This document shows positions 54,806-64,000 of a stretch of 64,000 nt of DNA, one piece after another. The first letter of the stretch is position 1. The number at the start of each line of letters is the position of its first letter. The position numbers and the translations under genes were made by a program. The stretch is taken from NCBI GenBank assembly GCA_964355135.1, contig CAYHCG010000001.1:18138-82137 (forward strand). The letters run 5' to 3'. Under the pieces are notes generated by a model. The model worked only from the letters and a program-made list of their open reading frames with translations, was not told the origin of the DNA and did no database searches. This DNA comes from Candidatus Woesearchaeota archaeon. Its GTDB lineage: Archaea > Nanobdellota > Nanobdellia > Pacearchaeales > GW2011-AR1.

Positions 54806-55093
54806 TTAAAGGGGTCGTGCAACCTTTTCTTCATCTACGGCAATATTATAAGAAAGAGTTAAAGATCGCACGTGTTTATGAAATTTCTCCATGGAAATAC
54901 TCCCATTGCGGGCACTTGAGAGCACTAGAAATCCTTCTTCCTTGTTAAGATGGAGACCTAGAGCTATAACTCCCAAATTGAATCCGAGTTGTACTTTCAA
55001 TTCTTCTGAGAGGTTATCCCACTTGCTTACTTGTGTGAAACGCAGAACTTGTTCGCAGGCATGTTTGATAAACTCTTCTCCTGTCAGTGTCAT
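54806..55093 (-). CDS. hypothetical protein
   Basis: ORF only. Confidence 0.4.
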   Translation of the reverse strand: MTLTGEEFIKHACEQVLRFTQVSKWDNLSEELKVQLGFNLGVIALGLHLNKEEGFLVLSSARNGSISMEKFHKHVRSLTLSYNIAVDEEKVARPL

Positions 55094-55578
55094 TTATGAA
55101 TTAAAGGAAGTATCCTTATAAATTCTCTTCTTCAATCAGCTTTTCCATATCTCTGCCTTTAGGTTTAACTTCCACTCAAGAATATAACTGCCTCGCCACT
55201 ACGATTACTCAACATCAAGACTGCAGTATAAAAAAATAGATGTTTTAAATAATTGTTTTCCAAGATCCTAATCGAGACCAAGACTTACTTTAATCGCCGT
55301 ATCAACTTTCTTCATAGTAAAGTTATCAAGAAGACTTATTTTCTTTATTATTACTATAGAATCTTCTTTAACAACCCGATTATATATCTTTTATTAGATA
55401 TTCTATGGAAAATAAACAATATAAGGGGGTGAAAATGAAGACAAAAAACAGATCCATTTATCTACGAAGGGCGAGGCAGAAAAAAACCAAAGAACAAGAC
55501 TAGTGTTTGAGTTCTATCCCGTAAGAGAATTTACTTTCCTTACGAGATGAAATTAAAAAACAGCCAAGTCTCCCAATA

Positions 55579-56982
55579 TTAATAGCGATAATGGTCTGGT
55601 TTGAATGGGCCTTCAGGGTTTATACCCAGATAATCGGATTGCTTTTTAGTAAGTTTTGTAAGCTTGACTCCCAATCGGCTAAGATGTAGTCTTGCAACTT
55701 CTTCATCCAGATATTTTGGAAGCCTATAAACTCCAAGAGCGTGTTTTTTTGATGAAAGCTCGATTTGTGCCAAACATTGGTTTGTGAATGAACTGGACAT
55801 AACAAAACTAGGGTGCCCTGTTGCGCATCCGAGATTGACAAGTCGTCCTTCCGCTAAAATAAATATCGAATGATTGCTGAAAACATATTTGTCTAATTGG
55901 GGTTTTATGTTTACTCTTTTAGCCCCAGAGTAAGTATTTAGTTCATTCATTTGAATTTCATTGTCAAAATGCCCTATATTACAGACAATTGTCTGGTCTT
56001 TCATTTTTTTCATGTGCTCTAGAGTGATGATATCGCTATTTCCAGTTGCTGTGATGTAAATATCTGCTTCTGATAAACTATCTTCTATTGGTTTAACTTC
56101 GTAACCTTCCATTGCGGCCTGCAAGGCGCAAATTGGATCTATTTCGTTTACTATTACTCTGGCGCCAAATCCACGCATTGACTGGCAACATCCCTTTCCA
56201 ACGTCCCCATAACCACATACTACTACGGTTTTTCCAGCAACCATGACTCCGGTTGCTCTTTTTAATCCATCCGCCAAACTCTCTCTACACCCATACAAAT
56301 TATCAAATTTTGATTTTGTAACGCTATCGTTAACATTTATTGCGGGGAATAACAGTTTTCCTTGCTCTAACATTTGATATAGCCTGTGGACTCCAGTGGT
56401 TGTTTCTTCCGATACCCCTTTAATACTTTTGATTATGTTGCTCCATCTGGTCTTATCTGTTTTATGAATATCTTTTAGGCAGAGCATCAACTCTTGATAA
56501 TCTTCTCCCTCTTTTGAGTAATCTTTGTTTAATAGGGATGGATCTTTTTCTATTTCGATTCCTTTATGAACCATTAGGGTTGCATCTCCACCATCATCAA
56601 CAATTAAAGTGGGGCCTAATCCATTTCCAAAGTCTAATGCTTTTTGAGTTGTCCACCAATATTCTTTAAGAGTTTCCCCTTTCCAGGCGAAAACTGGTAT
56701 TCCAGAACTTGCAATCGCTGCAGCAGCCGAATCCTGAGTAGAAAAGATATTACAAGAGGCCCATCTAACTTCTGCGCCAAGAAATTGTAAAGTTTGAATC
56801 AAAACTGCCGTTTCTGTAGTCATATGCAAACTCCCAGTTATTCTTTCACCCTTTAGCGGTTTTGTTTTAACATATTTCTCTCGTAAAGACATTAAACCAG
56901 GCATTTCTTTTTCTGATATTTCTATTTCCTTCTTTCCCAGTTCTGCTAAGGAGATATCTTTAACTTTGTAGTCGAAGCTCAT
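55579..56982 (-). CDS. ahcY: S-adenosyl-L-homocysteine hydrolase (long form with insertion segment)
   Basis: [34 protein letters not shown] motif [12 protein letters not shown] and the C-terminal PDHYRY. At 467 aa it includes the insertion of about 40 aa found in bacterial/plant-type enzymes. Confidence 0.95.
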   Translation of the reverse strand: MSFDYKVKDISLAELGKKEIEISEKEMPGLMSLREKYVKTKPLKGERITGSLHMTTETAVLIQTLQFLGAEVRWASCNIFSTQDSAAAAIASSGIPVFAWKGETLKEYWWTTQKALDFGNGLGPTLIVDDGGDATLMVHKGIEIEKDPSLLNKDYSKEGEDYQELMLCLKDIHKTDKTRWSNIIKSIKGVSEETTTGVHRLYQMLEQGKLLFPAINVNDSVTKSKFDNLYGCRESLADGLKRATGVMVAGKTVVVCGYGDVGKGCCQSMRGFGARVIVNEIDPICALQAAMEGYEVKPIEDSLSEADIYITATGNSDIITLEHMKKMKDQTIVCNIGHFDNEIQMNELNTYSGAKRVNIKPQLDKYVFSNHSIFILAEGRLVNLGCATGHPSFVMSSSFTNQCLAQIELSSKKHALGVYRLPKYLDEEVARLHLSRLGVKLTKLTKKQSDYLGINPEGPFKPDHYRY

Positions 56983-56984
56983 TT

Positions 56985-57977
56985 TTATAATCCCAATTCT
57001 GATTTATAGGTGTCCAGAATAATTATTAAATCTTTCTCTAATCTTGCGCCGTTTGAAGAAACTACTAAGGAAGCAGCAAAACTTGCGAGCTTCCCAGATT
57101 TTTCCAGCCCAATTTTTTTAGAAATTCCATATAATAACCCTGCAGCATACATATCTCCTGCCCCATTTGTATTTACCAGTTTTGCTTTAAATGGAGGGAT
57201 TATGAAAGTCTTACCCTCTGATTTTATCAGACTTCCTTTCTCACCTAACTTAACAACTGCAATTCTGCATAATCTTGAAATGTGGTCTAGAGCCTTCTCT
57301 GGGACTTTGCCTGTAAATGCAAGAGCCTCACTCTCGTTGACGAAAAGTATGTCTACTCCTTTTGCTACTTCTTTTAGAAAATCAAGATTTCTATGGACTA
57401 CACTTGAGTCGGAAAGATCAAGAGATATTTTGGTAGAGTTGTTTTTTGCTATATCTATCGCTTTAAGAGAAGTAGTGCGGGATTCTCCAGGCTCAAGATT
57501 GTATCCTTCCAAGTGAAGAATGCCCGAATTGGAGATCGTACTTTCTGAAATTACACTATCATCCAAACAATTAGATGCCCCCAGGTAAACTGCAAAACTC
57601 CTTTCTTTATCAGGAGTGATAAAAGTTATCGCGTTCCCGGTTGATAGCTCCTTGTGTTTTGAAAATCTTGCCTGGACTCCCAAGTCTTTAGTCTTTAGTT
57701 CATAAATTTTTCCAAGTTCATCTGTGCCTATTTTTCCTAAAAATGCTGTTTTACCTCCTAGTATGCTTACGCCTGCAATCGTATTTGAACAGCTTCCCCC
57801 AGGAGACATCTTAGAAGAATGCTTTTCCAGACTTTTTAAGATAAATTTATTTTTTTCTTTATCAATTAGGGCCATTTCTCCTTTTTTCATTCCAAAGTCT
57901 CTAAGAAGAGTGTCTTCTACTTCAAAAGTCAAATCAAGTAAAGAGTTTCCCAATCCTATTACGTCGTATTTTTTCAT
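56985..57977 (-). CDS. PfkB-family kinase, probable adenosine kinase
   Basis: IGLGNSLLD at the N-terminus and [15 protein letters not shown] (PfkB signature 2). Its stop lies 2 nt upstream of the ahcY start codon. Confidence 0.75.
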   Translation of the reverse strand: MKKYDVIGLGNSLLDLTFEVEDTLLRDFGMKKGEMALIDKEKNKFILKSLEKHSSKMSPGGSCSNTIAGVSILGGKTAFLGKIGTDELGKIYELKTKDLGVQARFSKHKELSTGNAITFITPDKERSFAVYLGASNCLDDSVISESTISNSGILHLEGYNLEPGESRTTSLKAIDIAKNNSTKISLDLSDSSVVHRNLDFLKEVAKGVDILFVNESEALAFTGKVPEKALDHISRLCRIAVVKLGEKGSLIKSEGKTFIIPPFKAKLVNTNGAGDMYAAGLLYGISKKIGLEKSGKLASFAASLVVSSNGARLEKDLIIILDTYKSELGL

Positions 57978-58054
57978 GCATCAAAAAGAAACTGAGGTTT
58001 TATAATGTTATTGATGTTTTTGTTTTGGCGGTTTGGACATTATTCTAAGGATTG

Positions 58055-58100
58055 ACGCCCCCACGATTACTTAAACTAGCCAAAATCTTTAATTTCTTAC
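58055..58100 (+). repeat. left imperfect direct repeat flanking the HEPN/NTase cassette
   Basis: ACGCCCCCACGA (58055..58066) followed by ..CTTAA.C...AAATCTT...TTTCTTA is similar to 59048..59092. Confidence 0.6.
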
Positions 58101-58190
58101 CAGATAAGAAAGTAATGCCTTTGTTTGCGCTTCTTCTTACCAGGTATGAAAAGATTTAAATAATCTTTATTTCTTCTTACCAGGTATGAA
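58094..58190 (+). promoter_or_regulatory. three copies of TTCTTACCAGRTAWGAA spaced exactly 40 nt apart (58094, 58134, 58174)
   Basis: Copy 1, ttcttaccagataagaa, is a palindrome (TTCTTA/TAAGAA). Copies 2 and 3 (ttcttaccaggtatgaa) lie within an exact 20-nt duplication (58131..58150 and 58171..58190). Copy 3 contains the HEPN start codon. Confidence 0.5.
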
Positions 58191-58527
58191 TAAAGAAGAA
58201 ATATTAATTAAATCAGGAAAAGAGTATTTCCAATCTGGAGACGACGAATTTGTTAAACAGAGATATAATTCTGCTGTTGTTTTATATTTTAAAGCTTTGG
58301 TAAGTTTTTGTGACTTATACGTATTGCAAAAAACAGGCAATACTCCTTCTTCGCATAATGATAGATTTAGGATAACAAAGGATAAATTTCCAGAAGTTTA
58401 TAACTTACTGGATAAAGATTTTCCTTTTTACCAAAGTTCATATATTCAAATTATGAGCAAAGAACTAGCGGAGGTTATTAAAGATGATGCAAAAACTATG
58501 GCAGAAAAAACTAAAGTTATATTATAG
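58186..58527 (+). CDS. HEPN-domain protein
   Basis: 113-aa helical protein with AVVLYFKALVSFCDLYVL...PSSHNDRF, resembling the PF05168-type HEPN. It overlaps the downstream nucleotidyltransferase gene. Confidence 0.6.
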   Translation: MNKEEILIKSGKEYFQSGDDEFVKQRYNSAVVLYFKALVSFCDLYVLQKTGNTPSSHNDRFRITKDKFPEVYNLLDKDFPFYQSSYIQIMSKELAEVIKDDAKTMAEKTKVIL

Positions 58528-59047
58528 TAGTGATGTTATAGATATTGTGCAGTTTGGGTCATCTGTTGTAGAAGGAAAAATTCCCAATGATATAGACATT
58601 GCAGTTTTATTTAACAAAATTCCCCTCAAAGAACAATTGAATCAGTCACAAGAAATAAAGAAACAAATTGAAAAATTCACCGAAATTCCAATACATATTA
58701 GTTCATTTGATTTGTATAGTCTATTTGAAAGTTCAAATTTTGCAAAGGAAGGCCTCTTGTTTTTTGGTAAAAGTCTAATTCATGGAGATGATTTCGCAAA
58801 AAGACTAGGGTTTACACCAAAAATACAAATTTATTATTCACTTGAGAAATTAAAGAAGAAGGATAAGGTAAGATTCAATTATATGTTAAGTGGTAAGGGT
58901 GGAATATATGGCTTGTTGAGAAAGTATAAGGGAGAGTTATTAAAACCAGGTTTAATCGAGATAGATTCAGATTGTGAAAATATCTTTACCGAATCGATTA
59001 AAGAGTTTGGAATTGATTTTAAGATAAAGAGGGTTTTGATTGGGTGA
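58484..59047 (+). CDS. nucleotidyltransferase-domain protein (MNT-like)
   Basis: IVQFGSSVVEGKIPNDIDIAVLF matches the GS-x(n)-DxD Pol-beta NTase signature. Confidence 0.75.
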   Translation: MMQKLWQKKLKLYYSSDVIDIVQFGSSVVEGKIPNDIDIAVLFNKIPLKEQLNQSQEIKKQIEKFTEIPIHISSFDLYSLFESSNFAKEGLLFFGKSLIHGDDFAKRLGFTPKIQIYYSLEKLKKKDKVRFNYMLSGKGGIYGLLRKYKGELLKPGLIEIDSDCENIFTESIKEFGIDFKIKRVLIG

Positions 59048-59092
59048 ACGCCCCCACGAATCTCTTAACCTCTAAATCTTCGCCTTTCTTAA
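59048..59092 (+). repeat. right imperfect direct repeat flanking the HEPN/NTase cassette
   Basis: ACGCCCCCACGA (59048..59059) starts 1 nt after the NTase stop codon. Confidence 0.6.
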
Positions 59093-59141
59093 TGAATTTA
59101 AATATAACAATCCTTATATATAATAAAAATTTAATGTAAAA

Positions 59142-59492
59142 ATGGCGACCCTTTACGATCATTATAATCCAGAAACGCCTGCTCAAATGCCAATGAACAG
59201 GATTTATCAGGCAAGAGAAGGAGAACTCGCAGGAAAAATTGTTCAATTTAGGGGCGTTAGTGCTAATAGTGGGGGCGGATCATTCACTCTCTGGCTTTCA
59301 GACCCTTTTACAAGAACTCTTGTTGATTTGCAAGTGGGAAGAGAAGACCTCAGAGATTATGAGTTTGTACCTCCAACAAATTTCTCTCCAGAACTAGAAA
59401 TAATTGTAGATGACCAAGCCCGCCAGTATGCTCGGACTAGGGTTGCTTTCCAAGGATTTCTGCAGCGAAATCCTTACGAGATAGTAGAATAA
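59142..59492 (+). CDS. hypothetical protein
   Basis: ORF only. Confidence 0.45.
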   Translation: MATLYDHYNPETPAQMPMNRIYQAREGELAGKIVQFRGVSANSGGGSFTLWLSDPFTRTLVDLQVGREDLRDYEFVPPTNFSPELEIIVDDQARQYARTRVAFQGFLQRNPYEIVE

Positions 59493-59567
59493 ATTAGTAT
59501 TTGCACATTGATTTGTCAGACATCTTAATGTGATAAACTATTTAAACGGATATTTTCAGAGTTTAAA

Positions 59568-60131
59568 ATGAAAAAAGCATTTATTTTTCCTCTTGTTTTG
59601 CCTGCAGTTGCAAGCCTGGCGACGTTTGTTACCTGTGAGCCACATCTAGATAAACAGCTCAAGGAACGATCACACATAGTTGAACTCACTTCACAAAAAA
59701 CTGAAGCGGGAGGAGAGGCCTGTTCTTGTGAATATATGGTGGATGGAGAAAAGAGAAGATATGAAGTAGGAATAAGGCACGAAGGAAATGCTAGCGAGCT
59801 ATATATGAAAAGAGAGGGAGAAAGCGAAATTGCACTTATGGAAGTTGATCTAAGGATGGTTGTGAGATATGGATGTTTTGAGACTACAGAAACTGAGAAA
59901 CAAGGGAGAAGAATAGGGTCTTTTGTATTACACAGTAGAGATTATAACGAAAGTGAAGAAAATGGCCACAATTATAATTTAGATGAATCTACTACTTCTA
60001 ATCTCATTTTTACAAGTAAAAACGATTTTGTAATAGCCCATGAAATAGTGGGAAATAAAATAATAAAAGAAGACGATCCCTCCACTTCCTTACATGCCCT
60101 CTATGAAAGAGGATCTGTTTGCACACCGTAA
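59568..60131 (+). CDS. hypothetical lipoprotein-like protein
   Basis: Signal peptide ending FVTC. No domain recognised. Confidence 0.45.
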   Translation: MKKAFIFPLVLPAVASLATFVTCEPHLDKQLKERSHIVELTSQKTEAGGEACSCEYMVDGEKRRYEVGIRHEGNASELYMKREGESEIALMEVDLRMVVRYGCFETTETEKQGRRIGSFVLHSRDYNESEENGHNYNLDESTTSNLIFTSKNDFVIAHEIVGNKIIKEDDPSTSLHALYERGSVCTP

Positions 60132-60166
60132 AAACAAACAATAAAAAAAGAAAAAAATAAAATTAT

Positions 60167-60367
60167 TTAGTCTTCTTTTTCTAACTCTGCGATTCTTTCT
60201 GCAACGCCTTGAGCTTCGTTTTCTAGTTCGCCTTTATATTCCTTAAGCATTTCTATTTTTTCCTGCTTGGTAAGGAAACCTCTAGGCTGTACTGTAACGC
60301 AGCTTCCTGACGAACATTCTCCGTAACATCCCATTTTTTCATTCCCTCCTTTCATCTTATCGTACAT
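60167..60367 (-). CDS. small Cys-rich/coiled-coil protein (DUF5320-like C-terminus)
   Basis: GCYGECSSGSC followed by the helical QEKIEMLKEYKGELENEAQGVAERIAELEK. Confidence 0.4.
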   Translation of the reverse strand: MYDKMKGGNEKMGCYGECSSGSCVTVQPRGFLTKQEKIEMLKEYKGELENEAQGVAERIAELEKED

Positions 60368-60429
60368 ACGATAGATAAAATACTGAAGTATTTAAATGTA
60401 TTGGTTATACGATATTCGATTTAAGAAAA

Positions 60430-61584
60430 TTATTTTTGAATGAATTCTATTTCTTCTTCACTTAGGTCAAGTTTTTTCTGAACATCTGCCTGCTGGAGCA
60501 TAGGCATAATGAGGGGGAAATCTCTTAATGCGCGCTTAGTAGAGCAGTGAACGAACTTTGCGTATTTCTTCGCTATGGTTTTCTTCTTTGCAATTTTTTG
60601 GTTATTCATCCAAATTTTTAATACTCGTTTTGGTCTTTCATATTTGGTGAATCCCTGTAATGCTGAAGGCTTAGAATATGATACTCCTGCGCTTTGAAAG
60701 ATATTTTGATAGACTAAAAATCGATAGGACTGGTTTCTATAGATTCTGCCTCTGAATACATCTGCGTTTGCAAGAGCGTAGTAAGCTTTAGCTAGAACTT
60801 CATTTTTGTATTCTTTAGGAATATTTTCTTCTATCCAGAGGAATATCTCATCTAAAGAAAGCTCTGAATTATCAAATAAATTAAGGAAGTCTCCCCTTTC
60901 CTTGAATAGTCTTCTTAAGATGTTAAAGATATTTTCTTCATAATCTCTTTTTTCTGTTAAGTCGACAGCTGAATCAACAAGGGAATAAGAAGAAAGATCA
61001 TTTATTGCAGCCCTTAGGTCGCCATGGGACTTTATTGCTAGTTGTCTTAGCACCATTGGACTTTTATTATAATTTTCGGCCTTAGAAATATTAGTTAATA
61101 TCGAAGTTATTTGATCTAAGGATAATTGTTTCATTTCTACAAGCTTAGATTTTGCTCTCACAGGAGAAAGTTTTGATTGCCAGACATCGTTGCATGTCAT
61201 TATTATAGGATATTTTGTTGTTATAATGAGATTTACTAGTTCTGGAATGCCTCCTATGTCTGTTCCAGTAACTCCATCAACTTCGTCCATTAAGATAATT
61301 TTTCCTTTCTTAAAAAGAGCTTGTTGCTGCGTAGCTGGGCGAAGAGTTTCTTCTAGCTTTGCTCGGTTTCTTAAGTCTGAAGAATTTAATTCTAGGACTT
61401 CAAGATTATTCTCTGTTACTGCTGCAAGCGCTAAAGAAGTTTTCCCTGTACCTGCAGGACCATAGAGCAGTAAGGCTTTTTTCTTAGGGAACTGTTTTAG
61501 GAAATTCTTTATCTCTTCAACTGCTTCATGTTGACCTAGAATGTCTGCGTATTTCTTTGCCCGGTACTTTTCTACTAGATTCAT
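60430..61584 (-). CDS. rfcL: replication factor C large subunit
   Basis: YRAKKYADILGQ, P-loop LLYGPAGTGKTS and MDEVDG, placed directly downstream of RFC small. Confidence 0.85.
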   Translation of the reverse strand: MNLVEKYRAKKYADILGQHEAVEEIKNFLKQFPKKKALLLYGPAGTGKTSLALAAVTENNLEVLELNSSDLRNRAKLEETLRPATQQQALFKKGKIILMDEVDGVTGTDIGGIPELVNLIITTKYPIIMTCNDVWQSKLSPVRAKSKLVEMKQLSLDQITSILTNISKAENYNKSPMVLRQLAIKSHGDLRAAINDLSSYSLVDSAVDLTEKRDYEENIFNILRRLFKERGDFLNLFDNSELSLDEIFLWIEENIPKEYKNEVLAKAYYALANADVFRGRIYRNQSYRFLVYQNIFQSAGVSYSKPSALQGFTKYERPKRVLKIWMNNQKIAKKKTIAKKYAKFVHCSTKRALRDFPLIMPMLQQADVQKKLDLSEEEIEFIQK

Positions 61585-61596
61585 TTTACTCTCCTC

Positions 61597-62562
61597 TTAA
61601 CTCTGGCCTTTGCCTGCCAGGACAAATGAAGCTAGGAGAGCTTGAAGCTGAACGAATTCGTCAGAGCCCTCTGTCATTCTAAACTCAGTTTCTCCTGTTT
61701 TTTCTGTTAAGCGGACTTTAATTTCTGGTTCTATGTGCAAATTCCAAATCTCTTTTTGAATTGCTTTGATCATATCTACGCCTGAAATGCTTTGCTTGAG
61801 CATTACATCCAAAAGTTTATCTCTTGCGTTAAGGAAATCACCGGCAAGAGCATAGTCTAATACGACTTTTATATCGGCTGGCTGAGTAGATGAAGAGATC
61901 ATCTTTATCATTTCGCTTGTCACATCTGGAGAAATTGAAGCTGTTGCCTGCATAAGATTGATCGCCCTTCTACAGTCGCCCTCAGAGGCTTCGTAAAGAG
62001 TTTCAAAGGCGTCATCGGTTACCGTCAATTTTTCTTTATCGGCAATATGCTTTACAACCTTAGAGATGTCTTTTTTTTCAAGGAGCTTAAATCTCAAGAC
62101 TACGCATCTTGATTGTATAGGCTCCATAATACGGGAGGAGTAATTACAAGATAGTATGAAACGGCAGGTGCCTGAATAATTTTCCATTGTCCTTCTTAAT
62201 GCCTGCTGGGCTTCCCTTGTCAGCGCATCTGCCTCATCCAGGAATATTACCTTGAAAGGAATATTTTCTATGGCTTTTGTTCTTGCAAAATCCTTTACTT
62301 TCTGCCTTACTACATCAATACCACGCTCGTCAGAAGCATTTAATTCTAGATAATTTTCCCTCCATTTTTCTCCGAAGAGTTCTTTCACTGTAATAAGCGC
62401 TAGAGTAGACTTGCCTGTGCCTGCTGGCCCTGCAAAGAGGAGATGAGGTATGTTTAAAGCCTGAACTAGAGAGCGAACGCGTTTTATTATTTCCTGTTGC
62501 CCAACCATATTGTCGAATTTGGTGGGGCGGTATTTTTCAGTCCATATATTAGTATCAGCCAT
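61597..62562 (-). CDS. rfcS: replication factor C small subunit (no intein)
   Basis: WTEKYRP, FAGPAGTGKST, LDEADALT and the SRC motif IQSRCVVLRF. Confidence 0.95.
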   Translation of the reverse strand: MADTNIWTEKYRPTKFDNMVGQQEIIKRVRSLVQALNIPHLLFAGPAGTGKSTLALITVKELFGEKWRENYLELNASDERGIDVVRQKVKDFARTKAIENIPFKVIFLDEADALTREAQQALRRTMENYSGTCRFILSCNYSSRIMEPIQSRCVVLRFKLLEKKDISKVVKHIADKEKLTVTDDAFETLYEASEGDCRRAINLMQATASISPDVTSEMIKMISSSTQPADIKVVLDYALAGDFLNARDKLLDVMLKQSISGVDMIKAIQKEIWNLHIEPEIKVRLTEKTGETEFRMTEGSDEFVQLQALLASFVLAGKGQS

Positions 62563-62632
62563 AAGTCAATTATGAAAAAGCACGTTATAAATATTGTTGT
62601 GCGGGATTTTGTACTCTTAGTATTTGATAGAA

Positions 62633-62749
62633 TTAAGCAGATCTTGCTCTATGCAATCTTCTCTTACGTTTTTCCTTCTTTAATCTCTTTCTCTGCCATT
62701 TCCAACGCATTTGGTTTTTCTTCTTCCAACGTCTTGAGCTTCTCTTCAT
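62633..62749 (-). CDS. rpl41e: 50S ribosomal protein eL41 (38 aa), missing from the ORF track
   Basis: Hand translation gives MKRSSRRWKKKNQMRWKWQRKRLKKEKRKRRLHRARSA*. The KRSSRRWKKK..MRWKW.(K/R)KR pattern matches archaeal L41e as I recall it. Confidence 0.75.
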   Translation of the reverse strand: MKRSSRRWKKKNQMRWKWQRKRLKKEKRKRRLHRARSA

Positions 62750-62851
62750 TCAGCTTTAAGAAAAATTCGGTTTATAAAGATTGGGGTTATTGAATTATAT
62801 TCATTAATTAAGTTTAAATATTAAAATTAACAAATATAACTGGTAAATAGA

Positions 62852-63298
62852 ATGGTGAATAGGAAGCTAGTTATTTTTATAGGGTTATTGGTTATTTTTA
62901 TAGTCCTTGCTGTTGACTTTACTTTCTTCTATACTGACAAATGCGAGAACTATTCCTGCTTTGCGGATGCTATGAGAGAATGCAAACCCGCTGTTTATGT
63001 AAACGAAGAGATTGAAGCCACATGGAGATATGAAATTTTAGGACTAAGAGGAGATGAGTGCTATGTGGAAGTGAAATTATTACAACTTAAGCAAGGAGAT
63101 ATTAGCTTTGAAAAATTAAGCGGATATGATATGCAGTGCAGCTATGCTAAAGGCATTGTTGTGTATCCTGAGAAAAACCTTGATAAATGTCATGGAAGAC
63201 TTAAGGAAGAACTACAGACTATTATTATAAGGAAGCTTCATACTTATATTGTAGATAATCTAGGAAAAATTGATGAAGGACTAGATAGTTTTAGTTGA
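62852..63298 (+). CDS. membrane-anchored hypothetical protein
   Basis: One N-terminal TM helix and a Cys-containing soluble domain. Confidence 0.45.
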   Translation: MVNRKLVIFIGLLVIFIVLAVDFTFFYTDKCENYSCFADAMRECKPAVYVNEEIEATWRYEILGLRGDECYVEVKLLQLKQGDISFEKLSGYDMQCSYAKGIVVYPEKNLDKCHGRLKEELQTIIIRKLHTYIVDNLGKIDEGLDSFS

Positions 63299-63335
63299 TA
63301 TAAAAATTTAAATAGGATTTATTTATTTTAGTTTA

Positions 63336-63671
63336 ATGCGTGATCAAACTCGGGGATTATTTCAAGTAACTCTCATAGCTGGCGGACTTACATTTATAGC
63401 ATACTATTTTCAGGGTATGAACCCGACACCTCAAGATACAAAACGGAGTGTGGATGATTCTAGTTTGACTAAACTTGTCGGTTTCTACGCAGATCAAGCT
63501 GGGAATGCTGACGGTCAAACTACGGATGATGAATGGGCTGCAGCTTACAAACATCTTGGAGCGGAATATGAATCATTGCATATAGTTCCTTTGACTACTG
63601 AGCAGAAAAACAAATATTTACGCGATCACGCTACTGCATTACCTGCATTAGACATGACTTTTATGTATTAA
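63336..63671 (+). CDS. hypothetical protein
   Basis: ORF with one hydrophobic N-terminal segment. Confidence 0.4.
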   Translation: MRDQTRGLFQVTLIAGGLTFIAYYFQGMNPTPQDTKRSVDDSSLTKLVGFYADQAGNADGQTTDDEWAAAYKHLGAEYESLHIVPLTTEQKNKYLRDHATALPALDMTFMY

Positions 63672-63716
63672 TATCTTAACAAAAGCATTTTTATATCTAG
63701 AAGAGGTATTTCGAGT

Positions 63717-64000
63717 ATGGAAATCACTTTTGGACCAGCAGGACTGGGGGCTGTAAAGACTGCAGAGAAGACTTTAGAGGACTATAGCAATAAAGGGTTG
63801 AAAGCCTGCGAAATTGCTTTTACTTATAGCGTTTACATTAAAGAAGCAGATGCAGAGAGAATTGGGAAAAAGGCTAAAGAACTAGATATTGAATTAAGTA
63901 TCCATGCACCCTATTTTGTGAATTTGAATTCTAGCGAGCAAATAAAGATTGAAGCGACAAAGAAGAGAATCCTTGATTGCTGCAGGATTGGTGAGAAACT
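63717..64000 (+). CDS. AP endonuclease family 2 / endonuclease IV-like TIM-barrel protein (3' end outside window)
   Basis: Not in the ORF track because it runs off the end. It reads MEITFGPAGLG...GLKACEIAFTYSV...LSIHAPYFVNLNS, typical of the archaeal Nfo-like / xylose-isomerase-like fold. Confidence 0.6.
   Translation, partial: MEITFGPAGLGAVKTAEKTLEDYSNKGLKACEIAFTYSVYIKEADAERIGKKAKELDIELSIHAPYFVNLNSSEQIKIEATKKRILDCCRIGEK

Noticed and set aside
55094-55578. 480-bp gene-free spacer. I looked for an RNA gene or pseudogene and found a 22-codon ORF with a strong AAGGGGGTGA SD at 55434 and a hairpin CGTAAG..CTTACG near 55520.
   Set aside because: Only very short interrupted ORFs are present, and I could recognise no tRNA, rRNA or C/D-box signature. 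The evidence is insufficient to call a feature.
58040-58070. The ACGCCCCCACGA flank as a tRNA-fragment attachment site.
   Set aside because: I could not fold any T-arm or acceptor-like structure around either copy on either strand. It is kept only as a direct repeat.
62497-62793. 98-aa plus-strand ORF spanning the rfcS start and intergenic DNA.
   Set aside because: It overlaps the rfcS N-terminus in antisense, and it covers the much better supported eL41 gene on the minus strand.

Overview
This is an AT-rich archaeal chromosomal segment. The archaeal assignment rests on aEF-2, uS12/uS7, an unlisted eL41 gene, FEN1, the RFC small and large subunits, a Trm5/Taw22-like methyltransferase and one intron-containing tRNA. 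I support about 85 genes. Many monocistronic genes have a TATA-like box 26-27 nt upstream of the ATG, which suggests leaderless transcripts. Genes inside operons use GGAGG-type SD sequences and overlapping stop/start codons. The short genes, the many lineage-specific secreted or membrane hypotheticals and several bacterial-type metabolic genes suggest a small-genome, DPANN-like archaeon; this is inference only. No rRNA, CRISPR array or transposase was seen.

Main points:
- Two essential-type genes carry LAGLIDADG inteins: a bacterial-type MetK, and a HerA/FtsK-like ATPase interrupted inside its P-loop.
- The ATPase gene sits directly downstream of a ClpP-family protease gene.
- A tRNA-Glu(CUC) carries an intron of about 101 nt.
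- Two paralogous 6-Cys secreted mini-proteins with near-identical 5' regions flank a lipoprotein that has a CAPC thioredoxin-like motif.
- Four signal-peptide polytopic membrane proteins from two paralog families form a cluster.
- A translationally coupled lipoprotein / DUF1190-like / glutathionylspermidine-synthase-like trio resembles the bacterial ygiBC / yjfMC modules.
- A HEPN plus nucleotidyltransferase cassette is flanked by imperfect direct repeats and preceded by three palindromes phased at 40 bp.
- A RelE-type TA pair, a Fic protein next to TopIB and a membrane-anchored AlbA_2/Schlafen-like protein are also present.

No single complete, clearly novel multi-gene system can be proven from sequence alone. 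The strongest candidates are listed as findings with explicit tests.
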